This document shows positions 1-15,272 of a DNA stretch of 64,000 nt, in pieces (position 1 is the stretch's first letter; each line of letters starts with the position of its first letter). The stretch is taken from assembly GCA_030141605.1 (NCBI GenBank), contig JAQGDQ010000913.1, positions 1-64,000 of the forward strand. The letters are read 5' to 3'. Below the pieces are notes generated by a model. It ran no database searches. It saw nothing but the letters and a program-made list of their open reading frames with translations, and had not been told where the DNA came from. The stretch is from Tubiluchus corallicola (Eukaryota > Animalia > Priapulida). A program made the translations under genes and the position numbers.

Positions 1-513
1 TCAACCGGAAGAAAGCATCCGACCAGGATAAAGATAAATGAATATTTTTTAAATAGTAAAGGTACACCCCATCGGGATAAAGATAAATGAATATTTTAAA
101 AAGTAAATACACTTCAGTCTCTGGCCATTTTTAGTCTAATAGTAAAGCGCCTCAGTTTTTTTTTTCTCTTTGTACATCTAGTCTAGATAAAAGTAAAATT
201 TTAAATACCCTATTGTCAAAAAAAGAAATCTTTCAATAAAAATGTGACTAATGCAACTTGCGAGTTTTTGGGATTATATATATCCTCACCTAAAAAATAC
301 TGACTCGTTGAAATTCGTGCAGACTAGAAGGCTGCGGGCATTCAATTTTATCTAGACGGCAGCTGTCCTACTGTCTGCTTGCTGTACATTCCAACGGGCT
401 TTTTTTAAAAACAGGTACACGCACTTAAATAGCCGCGGGTGTCACGTCTCGCAAGTCAATTAACGGATTAAGCCCTCATTAGCTAGGTAGTCGAGTCAAT
501 TACCGGATTAAGC

Positions 514-704
514 AATAGACACGTGCCCGCCTTGGCGTCTGATCAGATGAGTGCATTCGTTGCGGGTTTAAACATGCGAGTTAGTACAGATAGAAAGATT
601 TTTACAAAATAGACACGTGCCTGCCTTGGCGTCTGATCAGATGAGTGCATTCGTTGCGGGTTTAAACATGCGAGTTAGTACAGATAGAAAGATTTTTACA
701 AAAT
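514..704. repeat. Tandem duplication, 94-bp period, 2 copies
   Basis: AATAGACACGTGCC...AGATTTTTACAAAAT starts at 514 and again at 608, nearly identical. Confidence 0.95.
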
Positions 705-1431
705 GAAAAGATAATTTTAACTAACATTAGTTATTATTGTTCTGTCGGATAAAAAAAGTGGATGACGACCAAAGATCAGGCTCTGCTTTAGGTAATACCG
801 CGTCATCATCATCATCATCGTTGGATACAGTTGACAAAAAATAAAGAAACCCGGAAATTAATCATGCTCGGCGATGCGTGAGTAGACTGTATGTTACACG
901 TGGTGACGTTCGTGCTAATGGTCGGCCCGTGCTAACAATCGTGCTCGGCGGTGTGTGCGCGTGTGAGTAGACTGTATGTTGCACGATGCGACCGCATTGG
1001 ATGGAGCGAAGGAGGCTTTTCGGCGACGGCATCCATCCATCCATCCATCTCGGATAAAGGTAGGATAAAATTTTTAAAAATTGTATCGCAACTTAGACGC
1101 GCATAAAAGAACATTCTAGCCCGGATGAGGGTGGGGTAAAATTTTAAAAAATTGCGTGGCAATTTAGACTCGCATAAAAGAACATCCTAACCATTTAACG
1201 ACGACGACGAGACTGTGCACTGCTGCACGTGGCTAGAGAAATCTTTTAGCCCATTATCTAGCTAGCGACCAGCTAGGCGGCGAGAGTCGATTACCGGATT
1301 AGCCACAATTAGGGTGGAGCAAGCAAAGTGCGCAGCGAGCGCGTGTCGAACGGACGACTGCATTTACCGCGGAGGGGGGGGGGGGTGTTCTCGCCGGGCG
1401 CACCCCCCCCCCCCCAAAACGTGCGCGAGTC

Positions 1432-1665
1432 CCAACCGTCACTCCTAATCCTTAAATCGAGCACTTAACTAGCGCAACAATAGACCCACTTCACTTTTTT
1501 AGGGGGGTGATTTTTGTTCCCACCCCCGGCAGTCGAGGGGGGGCGTGGCCCGTCGACCAACCGTCACTCCTAATCCTTAAATTGGTCACTTAACTAGCGC
1601 GACAATAGAGCCACTTCACTTTTTTAGGGGTGTTTCCGGATTTTCGCACTTTTTTAGGGGTGTTT
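1432..1665. repeat. Imperfect direct repeat (~126-bp spacing) in the subterminal region
   Basis: CCAACCGTCACTCCTAATCCTTAAAT...CCACTTCACTTTTTTAGGGG at ~1432 and ~1557, with a further CACTTTTTTAGGGGTGTTTCC copy at ~1647. Confidence 0.9.
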
Positions 1666-1772
1666 CCCCCCCCCCCCGGGGAAATCCCCACCCCCCGGGG
1701 AAATCGGCCAGAGGCAAAACATCTATACTACTCACCCAGAAATAATATTTCAATAATGATTTTTTTTCATAC

Positions 1773-5398
<3,626 letters not shown>

Positions 5399-6245
5399 CT
5401 CGGTTCTTGATTCTGTAGTTCCTAACGTAATAATAAAAAATAATGCAATTTCTTTAGAGGAAAGTCATTCAGGGGTAAATAATTAACTAACAGATACATG
5501 ACTGTTCAAGTGTTTTTTCCTAAACAATGTTTTAAAGACAAGAAAAAATTGATTCAATCATGTGTTAGAAGCATCGTCAGTGTACGTATTAACAATGTGC
5601 AACCAATAAGCAGCCGAAACTCGACTCTCAAGTTCCTCCTGATGACTCCAAAAACCTGTATTTGTATTTTTTGTCTTTCTTACTCCTTTCATAACATATT
5701 CTTTGAAAAATATTATAACTATACGTATATACAAAAATTTCTCTCCATTAATACAAATTATTTTATGATTATAATTACACTCCTACAAAAATGAGAATAT
5801 AATCACCTCTCAAAAAACTAAAACTATAATATGTAAACCTACTCTCATGACCTTCTTTCTCCAAACTGTTTTTAGCGCTATCCTGTTCTTACTGACCTAC
5901 CTTAATTTTCCTTTTTCACATTTATTACATAATTCCTTTCTCTCTAGTACAAGCTACGTATACTAACGATTGCCAGGTGCCACTAGCTGGTCGGCCGCTG
6001 CTTAGCGATATGCTTTAGTACAACCTAAAGACATGTGTTCGCACTTAGCAAAACCTATTGATTATCGCATTTCAAGGACCAATTTTTACATTGGTTTTCA
6101 TTAACAGATCAGACTTAACGAAAAAGTCCAGACCACCACACACAGCCAGAAAAAATTGTGCCGGTCATTGTTTTTCTAAAATGAGATAAAAAATAGAAAA
6201 GAGCCGATTATATGATAAAGACATACAGCCCAAAGTGAAGTGCAT

Positions 6246-6696
6246 TGTTGTAAAATATTGATATGTGACTTGTGTATTTCAATCTATTTACTATGTGAAA
6301 CCTGCGTGGAAGTTGGAATTGTACAGTGTAGTTAGGTGCTGCCATCTATGTGACATTCAACCAGCCGACTTACCTTCAGTTTAATTGTATGGTCCAGTGA
6401 CTACATACACACTGGTTCTCTCCCTATCTAACATTAATGGTTGTTGTGAAGCCTGTGCAACTCTGCGTAGGTCAAGTTCTATACCTGTATACTGACTGTG
6501 AAACAGGTTTTACTGACTGTTTTTTGCTTTCTAGTTTTTGCTCAATGTTCAGTGCAGCAGTTTTGCTACTAATATTCTCTGTAGTTTAATAAACACTTTT
6601 CTGTTTTGTGCAGTGCAAATATTTATTACAGATTTTTGGTTCCTATTCATTCTTCTCTGTGCCTAAACTCAATCATAACAAAGTGACCGAACAACA
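6246..6696 (+). mobile_element. Solo-LTR-like element related to the 23396-23825 LTR
   Basis: TGTTGT...ACAACA ends and an internal AATAAA. Shares the TTAGGTGCTGCCATCTA and AATTGTAYGGTCCAGTG blocks with the 23.4-kb LTR in opposite orientation. TSD not clean. Confidence 0.5.
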
Positions 6697-6750
6697 ACTT
6701 CAAAAATGACTTTCACAACCAGCTAAAGTTAAATTAATTTATTTTCTTAC

Positions 6751-6838
6751 CTTAAATTCCTCTGGAATCTTGAACCTGCTCAAAAACGTTTAGTCCCGAA
6801 AAACCCCTCTGAGCTCAGAGCTTCGACTTCCTTTTATA
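6751..6838 (-). promoter_or_regulatory. TATA box and putative non-coding first exon of the minus-strand protease
   Basis: Minus-strand TATAAAAG (6838-6831), a 14-bp palindrome CTCTGAGCTCAGAG (6807-6820) near the expected start site, and an AAG|GTAAG donor at 6751/6750 upstream of the ATG exon. Confidence 0.55.
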
Positions 6839-8574
6839 CTAAACACGATATCCGCTTTCGATCAGAAAGTAAATTAAATTCGCTAATTTTATTACTGCAT
6901 TTGTTATAGAGTAAACGTAACTATAATAAAACAATTGTAATAATGCAAACGTTTCACTTTTGTTGGAAAGCTTGTTAAGCAAAAATTAAGTAAACAAGAC
7001 AAAACAAGAATATGAATTTTGATAACTGTGTATTAATGCCAAGTCCTGATGTTTACTTAGTCTGGTGGAAATTTTCCAAACACCAGATCAGTCCCAAGAC
7101 TGGAAGTTTAAATTGTTCTCTTTGAGCCTAACGAATTATAACGAATAGATAGATTTCCTTTAAATATCATTAATGATTTGCATTGACGCTTTCAATTCAA
7201 TTCATTTTTTTATTTTCTCAATAGCAGTTAAAATTCGTCATAATTATTTTTACATTTCATTGCAGCTGAGAAGGAGCACCGAAAGACCTATTGGTCACTT
7301 GGTCAGCTGCCCCTTATTAAAAATAGAAGCTTACTCACAGGCTCATGACATTTTTTAGGTGTTTGTGTATATATAAAAGGCAAAAGCAACAAAAATCAAC
7401 TCAAACCAGAAATGCATTTCAAAGCATAACCAGGAATAACATCAATATGTTATTCGTTTAAAGTCACAATTTGGAGTTTTTTAGTTCAATGTGATTATCA
7501 TCACGTTGTTTCATTGCATCTAAGAAAACAATGTGCATGTGTTATTTTTTATAGCTACATTATAGTACTACAAAGTGTCGGAAAACAAGTGTACAAATGT
7601 ATCAAAATCCAAATATAGATTATGTAGTATTGCCTACCAATGTACTCGTTACGTAAAATTGTTTTGGTACATTTCAGGTAAACTACATAAATCTAAAATC
7701 TTATTATTTATCAATACTACGTGGAGTGTTTTTGTGTTGCTGATGTGCTTGGGTGCAATTGTCTTTAGTTGATGATTACCAAATGGAAATAAAGTAATAA
7801 TATTGCTACGAAGGCGGGTTTTGACCAACCCCCTAATGTTAGTAATGGGTATGGTTGAGAAGCCCAGTAATGTAAAAGTACCTGTATAAAACAGAATGCA
7901 TGCCATAATTTGACGATTCCAACCTGGTCTTTCTGTCTGTAAAGGTGAATGCTGTAGGCTTGCTGATTTTTGTACAAAGGTCTATTCACATGTCATGGAG
8001 CTACTGGTTGTGCATTATAGTTTATTTTACATTCGTATTCTTTTTAATTTTCTCGTCTGTTGTAAAGTATTTCATAACATGTATGCCGCTCTATACATCC
8101 TGAGACGGATCCGTTATACAATATGTAAAAAAATCAGTTTTCATAGTTTTTGCAGCAGTTTGGCGAAATGTAGTACAATATTTCAAAAGATCGTTGTTTT
8201 TTATTTATGATATTCCAAAAGCCGGAAGTGAAATTTCAAATTATTTTTGTGAAATCTGATTTAATCACTGAATTTAAATTTCTATGACCATTACCAATTT
8301 ATGATGCGATGAAAATTTTAAAACTTGCTTAGTCAGTATTTTTACCAATGCATATCAATACTCTTTACAGATTGTTTGTTAAAATGTTATAATTACGCTA
8401 TTTGTATTGCATTTCTTCCTTGTTAGATCTTATTTCAGCCACAGTTACGGCAGCAATAGTTACAAGTACAGTAAAAGTAACATGATCATGGCGATGGCAG
8501 TGTTGACTACAACAGCAACTGCAACAAGAAACATTAGATCATGAAAGCATTGATGGTGATAAAATTCACCACTA

Positions 8575-8775
8575 GAACAGCAACAGCAACAATCACAACA
8601 ACAGCAAGACAGCCACAACAACCACCACCACAACAAAAACGGCAACAGCAACAACAAAAACAACTGCAGCATCAACAACAACTACAGCAACCATTACCGT
8701 AACAACAACAACAACAGCAACTACTTCCACAACAACCACTACCACAACAACAACAACAACAACAACAACAACAGT
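8575..8775. repeat. Compound (CAA/CAG/CAC)n microsatellite
   Basis: Visible run. Confidence 0.9.
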
Positions 8776-9335
8776 TAAACTGACAATAACAAAGTCGTTG
8801 ACATAACGATGGCTTCGTGAAACTCTATGCTCTGCCTTGCAGCAGCTCTGCTCAGTTATGATCTGAAAATGTGCAGTGATCTGAACAATCATAAAACGTC
8901 CTCATCGTCAGAAATAGCAACAGCAGCAAATGGCAAAACAGAGATGCTGCATGGGAAATAAACCCCCCTTTTTCCGTAAAATATTAAATTGGGATTGCAA
9001 TAACTACATGTCATTAGTGGGCCAATTATATTCAGAGACAATCCATGTTGGTCTGCGTCTTGTCACTCATAATCCCTAATAAAGATGATGACCAATCCAG
9101 ATCAGCTTAATTACTTATCTACAGAGCTGAAATAGCCAAAGATCATAATAAGACTTAAAAAATCGTAATAATGTCGCCTAATGAACTCCAAAAGCCAAAA
9201 TTTACTAAAATAAACAACGGAAAATCAATCATGACAGTTTATCATGCAAATTATCATAATTAACTTTGTAGGAAAGTATATGTACATACAATTTCATGTA
9301 TATATATCTATAGTCAGCGTTAATTGAAAAGAAAG

Positions 9336-9890
<555 letters not shown>

Positions 9891-10815
9891 ATTAAAAATC
9901 GTCAAAATTGCGAAAAATTAATTCGTAAGATAACGTAAGATCAAGGCACTTTGATTTATAAAAACTGACAATAGTAATTTGGCAAAAGTACACAATAAGC
10001 AACCAGTGCAGTTATCTGAGTATCGGAGTGATGTGGGCTAAATTTCTGACAGCATCAACCCAGCAGCTGAATGTTGTACTTGTTGAAGCTTTCGAATTTG
10101 GAAGAGTGGGAGACCTTACAATAATTATACTAGTCGGGAACAGACAAAAGCATGCACTAGGATTTCACAAGTATCTTTCATGATAAATTTTTCTATATCT
10201 AATTTTTCGAATTTCAATTTTTGATATATTTCGCAGAAAAAAATATGAAGATGAGTCGCAAAACCTTTAGCTACCCCTTTTGACTGTAGTCTGACTAAGG
10301 CTAAAATAACGTGTTTATACTTGGAATAAATGTTGAAAATTTGTGTCTGAAAATTTGCATTAATGCATGTAATAAATGAATTAACGATATTAAACACCAA
10401 TTTTGGTAATTATCGTTGTACTATACAACTAATATTAATGAGGAGAATGAGGATAATAACAATTAAACATCAACAACAAAAATAATAATTATTGAAAAGA
10501 GTATCGATCAAAATAATTGGCCTAATTATCATAAAAAAATATTGAAAAGCATGTGTCATGGTAGTAACCATAATAGTTACATAATTATTATTATTAGCCA
10601 TGTTTCAGTGTTTGCTTTGCCTCTGGTAATTTTGATAGAAATGCAAAGAAATAGAGACAGAACTGCAGGTGATGAAAAAAATCCAAATTTCTTTGCTTAA
10701 GAATAATTATTGGCAATTAGATTTCATTCAGTCACTTCTGCTTACCACGACTGCTTACTTTCGCCAAAAAATAATTGTTAGGAAGATGCTCAGTTATCAT
10801 TATTAATTGTTAGCA

Positions 10816-10857
10816 TTATTATTATTATTATTGTTATTATTATTATTATTATTATTT

Positions 10858-10898
<41 letters not shown>
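10816..10898. repeat. (ATT)n microsatellite
   Basis: Visible run. Confidence 0.95.
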
Positions 10899-11149
10899 TG
10901 GCTAGGTTGTGAGTGCATTGGTCGTGACGGAAAGGTGTCTCATGGCATAAAATCAGCACATCGCATCGCCGCCATCATTGAAACGTTTGCGGGGGAAACA
11001 GTTTGTCAGTTGACAGTTTTCTATTAACGAAAGTTTGTTACTAGTATTGTGCTTAAATAATAAAACGATTTTTCCGATTCCATAGTTTCGTTGCTACGCT
11101 ACAAATTATCAACTCAGAAAGAAGCGCCTGAGTGCTGTAATAATGTTAC

Positions 11150-11652
11150 ATTTTTTTTGTCACGTCTCGCGTTTTTCATGTTGCATGTATCGCGAAATAT
11201 TTCTTTCATTGACATAGGGGTTAAAATACAGCAAACAGTCGTTATAAAGGACCTCATTATAACTGACATTGGACTATTTCTGCTTGTCCGATTCATTCTA
11301 ACTATGCGGGACATGTCCTATGTAAACGAATGCACCCAGCACGCATCACTATTCCATTTAAGAGACTATTTTGTATTTGCTACACCACGCTTGTCTATTA
11401 GTGTGTATCCATTGTTGATAAACATGTTTTTTCATAGGTTTGTGAAGCAAAAAACTGGCGCTTCCTATAGTATGTCCCTCGGTTAGACGGTGCCAAAATT
11501 AATTTTACTTAATCGTTGCTATTTAAGGGTGGCTGACTGGATAACCTACGTGTTCTTCATTGCCCTTCTCTGTTATAAATAATATTGCATGTATTCCTAA
11601 TACTGTATTTTGTTAATTCTTGAGGAGTCAGTAAATAAATTGAATTGAATTG
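11150..11652 (+). mobile_element. Degenerate LINE 3' end
   Basis: Frame NYAGHVLCKRMHPARITIPFKRLF resembles the ORF2 C-terminal Y.G..LWN...FK..L pattern; ends in AATAAATTGAATTGAATTG. Confidence 0.35.
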
Positions 11653-12901
11653 GTTATAATTGACTATTATTTATGACATTATCTGTTTCACCAACTAGTC
11701 CATTATAATTTAAAGAAGGTATGTTGACACTATATTAGAATCAAGGTCCCTGTCGATTTTCACCAGTGATAACCTAATCGATATGGTTGCTTAGCACAAT
11801 ATGATGATCTGCGATGCTCTGACAATTGCTAGCGGATTAACTTTCTATATAATTATTGTAGTTTGCATCCAGCTCACATTTGACTAAAACTTAGCAGGAA
11901 AATTTGCATTTTAGCATTTAAAGTTTTTTTTTTTATTACCATAAAAGCTGTTGAAATTAAAATCTGTGGCATGCTTAATTATTAAAAATAATGGTCAATA
12001 ATAATAATTGTTATTATGAAAAATTACTTAGCTATTTCAACATGAACACACTTTTCGAATGCTCAACACTGCTTATAGGGATAATAAATAATTATTTATT
12101 CAGGTTAAAATACATCTGTATATAAATATGTTGTCGTGGTACTACTTCAATGTCTATATGTATGTACTGCAAATCTGTTATTTTCTTCTTGTATTTCGTG
12201 TATAAAATCCGAAAAAAGAAATTGCGAGTTTGAGACCCTTTGTAGTCGCAACTTCAGCAACTGTTTGCAGTGGTTTATTACATGAAAAATTACTCAGCAT
12301 TTCAATCTTTGCAATTTTACTTTTCTAATTGTTTAGTTTTACTTAATGTTATGCTATTTTTTCGCATGATAAATATTCAAAATGCTTCACAGCATTTTAA
12401 CGTTAAACAATGCTGTTGTACCGCAGGAAAGTTTTCATTTTTTATTATTTATTATTTCGAAAATATTTTTAGTATTTGTATGTCATTTTTATAATTTTCT
12501 TATGAAAACATAAAGGGTACAATGTTGAGAAATGATTTTTGAATATTGAAATTATCTCACAGATTTGTTGTGCACAAATGCTACAGGTCAAAGGTTATGT
12601 GTACCATAGCTAAGCATCATAAATACAGCTGTCACATGGCATTTGTAAAGCAAAGCCTCCTGCCACATCTGTTCAATAACTTCAGTTGTTTTTACATGAA
12701 CTTTACTTGATTTTGCGTTAATCTGCCCAACGTACAACTGTTAGTATTACAGTAACTTTGGCTGCGATGTCTGGTACACTTAACCTTTGACCTTTTCACG
12801 ATCATCAGCAATTGCTGGAAATGTGAAAAGGCTTATTGCTGCTGTCTTGCTTTAGTTACTTTGTTGCAATAACCATCTTTTCATCTTACAGACTACCAAA
12901 A

Positions 12902-14401
12902 ATGAATCAGAGTTTACAAGATGTTCCCCTGTCTGTGAAACTTGAACCACCTGGTATAGTAAACGGGACAGATGATTATACTGATGATAAAGCAACAGTT
13001 GATAACGTGAAACTTGAACCACCTGGTATAGTAACCGGGACGGATGATTACACTGATGATATAACAACAGTTGATAAAGTTGAAACTAACATTGTGCTTG
13101 TGAAAACTGAATGTGATGTTGCAGCTGCCAATTTTGGACCTACCAGCAACGATGATGCGCAATTTTGTGGAATTCAAACTGATAACAGATCTGTGAAAAT
13201 TGAAAATGACACCGGTTCATACAAAAATGTCTGTAAATCATTTTATACCAAGAATAAGCAACCTGATCTTATGAAAAATGGACGTGATTTTAATGTTGCA
13301 GCAAATACTTCAGTCAGTTTCTTAGATGATGAAACAGTTCACAGACATGTAAAAAATGAACCAAGTTTTGAAGTTGATACCGTCAAAGATTGTGCACAAG
13401 ACACGAAGAGCGATTGTCTGTCAGTGGCAGCAGAACAGGAATTATTAACTCAAACTGTCGAAAGCTGTGAAGATGATTTGCTATGTAAGAATGAGAAGTG
13501 CCGTCAATGTGATGCTATTTTTGCTCATTCCGATGATTTGAAATGTCGTGTTAGGTGTCATGCTGTTGAAAAGCCTTCTAAGTGTGCACAGTGTGATACT
13601 GCACCTGATAATTTGAAAAAGCATACCAGAGCACATACTGGTGAAAAACCTTTTAAGTGCACACAGTGTGATGCTGTTTTTAATTATTTTAGTCAATTAA
13701 AACAGCACAGGAGGTGTCATACAGGGGAAAAACCTTTTAAGTGCACATGGTGTGATTCTGCTTTTGCTAAGTCTAGTCACTTGAAAGAACATATGATGAT
13801 GCATACAGGGGAAAAACCTTTTAGGTGTACGTGGTGTGATTTCGCATGTACTCGATCTGCCACTTTGAAACGGCATCTAAGAAGTCATACTGGAGAAAAG
13901 CCTTTTAAGTGCATGCAATGTGATGGTGCTTTTTCTCAGTCTGGTCATTTGAAACAACATATGACAACACATACCGGGGAAAAAGCATTTAAGTGCACCT
14001 GGTGTGATGCTGCTTTTGTTCATTCTGGTCATTTGAAACGGCATATGAGGAGTCATACAGGTGAAAAACCTTATAAGTGCACAGAATGCGTTGCTGCTTT
14101 TGCTTATTCTGGTGACTTGAAAAATCATTTGAGGTGTCACACTGGTGAAAAGCCTTTTAAGTGTGTGCACTGTGATGCTGTTTTTGCCCAGTCTTTTGCT
14201 TTGAAACAACATGTAAGGAGGCATACTGGCGAAAAGCCTTTTAAGTGCACACATTGTGATGTCACTTTTGCTCATCGTAGTACTTTGAAACAGCATATAA
14301 GGAGACATACTGGGGAAAAGCCTTTTAAATGCACATGGTGTGATGCTGCTTTTACTCGGTCTAGTGGTTTAAAACAGCACATGGGGCGTCATACAGCGTA
14401 G
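12902..14401 (+). CDS. Tandem C2H2 zinc-finger protein (499 aa from ATG 12902)
   Basis: Nine canonical CxxC-x12-HxxxH fingers with TGEKPF-type linkers, preceded by one shortened and one degenerate finger. Splice acceptor CTTACAG at 12891 just before the ATG; acidic N-terminus. Confidence 0.95.
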   Translation: MNQSLQDVPLSVKLEPPGIVNGTDDYTDDKATVDNVKLEPPGIVTGTDDYTDDITTVDKVETNIVLVKTECDVAAANFGPTSNDDAQFCGIQTDNRSVKIENDTGSYKNVCKSFYTKNKQPDLMKNGRDFNVAANTSVSFLDDETVHRHVKNEPSFEVDTVKDCAQDTKSDCLSVAAEQELLTQTVESCEDDLLCKNEKCRQCDAIFAHSDDLKCRVRCHAVEKPSKCAQCDTAPDNLKKHTRAHTGEKPFKCTQCDAVFNYFSQLKQHRRCHTGEKPFKCTWCDSAFAKSSHLKEHMMMHTGEKPFRCTWCDFACTRSATLKRHLRSHTGEKPFKCMQCDGAFSQSGHLKQHMTTHTGEKAFKCTWCDAAFVHSGHLKRHMRSHTGEKPYKCTECVAAFAYSGDLKNHLRCHTGEKPFKCVHCDAVFAQSFALKQHVRRHTGEKPFKCTHCDVTFAHRSTLKQHIRRHTGEKPFKCTWCDAAFTRSSGLKQHMGRHTA

Positions 14402-14562
14402 TTACAGAGACGTGATTTGCAAATACATAGATTAGAGGCAGTTTTATGTTGCAAATGCTTTTTTAAAAAACTATATGTCTAATAAGCAGCCTAATTTTAT
14501 TACTCGTTATACTGATTATAATACTGGTTCACTCTGATTATAAAAGACTGGTTCACTCTGAT

Positions 14563-14951
14563 TGTTAAAGCAAAAAGAGAGTAGGAAACTGCATTGAACA
14601 GTGAAAGACTTTATTTACAATTTACACTATTTACATGAAAGAAAGACACACATGGTGACAACTCAGCAGCAATAATCAGAAGAAAAAAGGCCAAGCTTGT
14701 CTTGTTAGAGCTACCCAAGTTACACACATGTACTGACCTTACCTGATTGGCTAGTGAAATTTACTAACAATCTTCACTACCATATATGGGAAGCCCAGCA
14801 GGTACATTAGACTGAGCAGGGCAGGCCAATGCCACAACTTGATTAATAATGAGTCAACTTATAATAATAAGCAATTTTAAGTGTAGATGGCAGCACGTAT
14901 TTAATTATTAGTGCTTAGGTACTTAAGTTACTTAATTAAGGATTTGCGACA
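14563..14951 (-). mobile_element. LTR-like interspersed repeat in the 3' region of the ZNF gene
   Basis: TGTTAA...GCGACA ends and minus-strand AATAAA. A homologous block (CTCAGCAGCAATAATCA...ATTGGCTAGT...TATGGGAAGCCCAGCAGGT...CCAATGCCACAAC) recurs at ~35070-35265. Confidence 0.55.
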
Positions 14952-15144
14952 TCTATTTGTACAATTAATCTATCATTAACTTAACAAACAATAGTTGTTA
15001 AATGCAGCAATAGCTATGTTTTCAGCTAACACATTATCAAAATAATTGTAAGAATAAATAATGTGTTAGCTGAAAACGTAGCTATTGCTGCATTTAACAA
15101 CTATTGTTTGTTAAGTTAATGATAGATTAATTGTACAAATAGAT
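14951..15144. repeat. Long inverted repeat: 87-bp arms, 20-nt spacer
   Basis: 14951-15037 is the reverse complement of 15058-15144 with one mismatch. Confidence 0.95.
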
Positions 15145-15169
15145 TAGATAAGAGAATTATGATGAGCTG

Positions 15170-15272
15170 TCTCTCTCCCTCTCTCTCCTCTCCCCCCCCC
15201 TCTCTCTCTTCCTTTCTCTCTCTCTCTCCCTCTTTCTCTCTACTCTCTCTCTCCCTTTCTCTCCCTCTCTCT
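15170..15272. repeat. (CT)n microsatellite
   Basis: Visible run. Confidence 0.9.

Larger units (their letters stand above)
1..1732. mobile_element. Probable terminal inverted repeat end of a Polinton/Maverick element (rest lies left of the window)
   Basis: GC/CpG-rich non-coding block with poly-G/poly-C tracts and internal duplications. It ends abruptly in ...TATACTACT at 1732, the reverse complement of the AGTAGT terminus typical of Polintons, and AT-rich intron sequence follows. No coding genes or second TIR are visible here. Confidence 0.6.

Noticed and set aside
8790-8955. Minus-strand signal-peptide-like MQHLCFCHLLLLLFL and an exon-like segment
   Set aside because: Stops after ~33 codons and could not be linked to other exons.
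10965-10982. YY1-like GCCGCCATC motif as the ZNF promoter
   Set aside because: Single short motif with no linked first exon identified.
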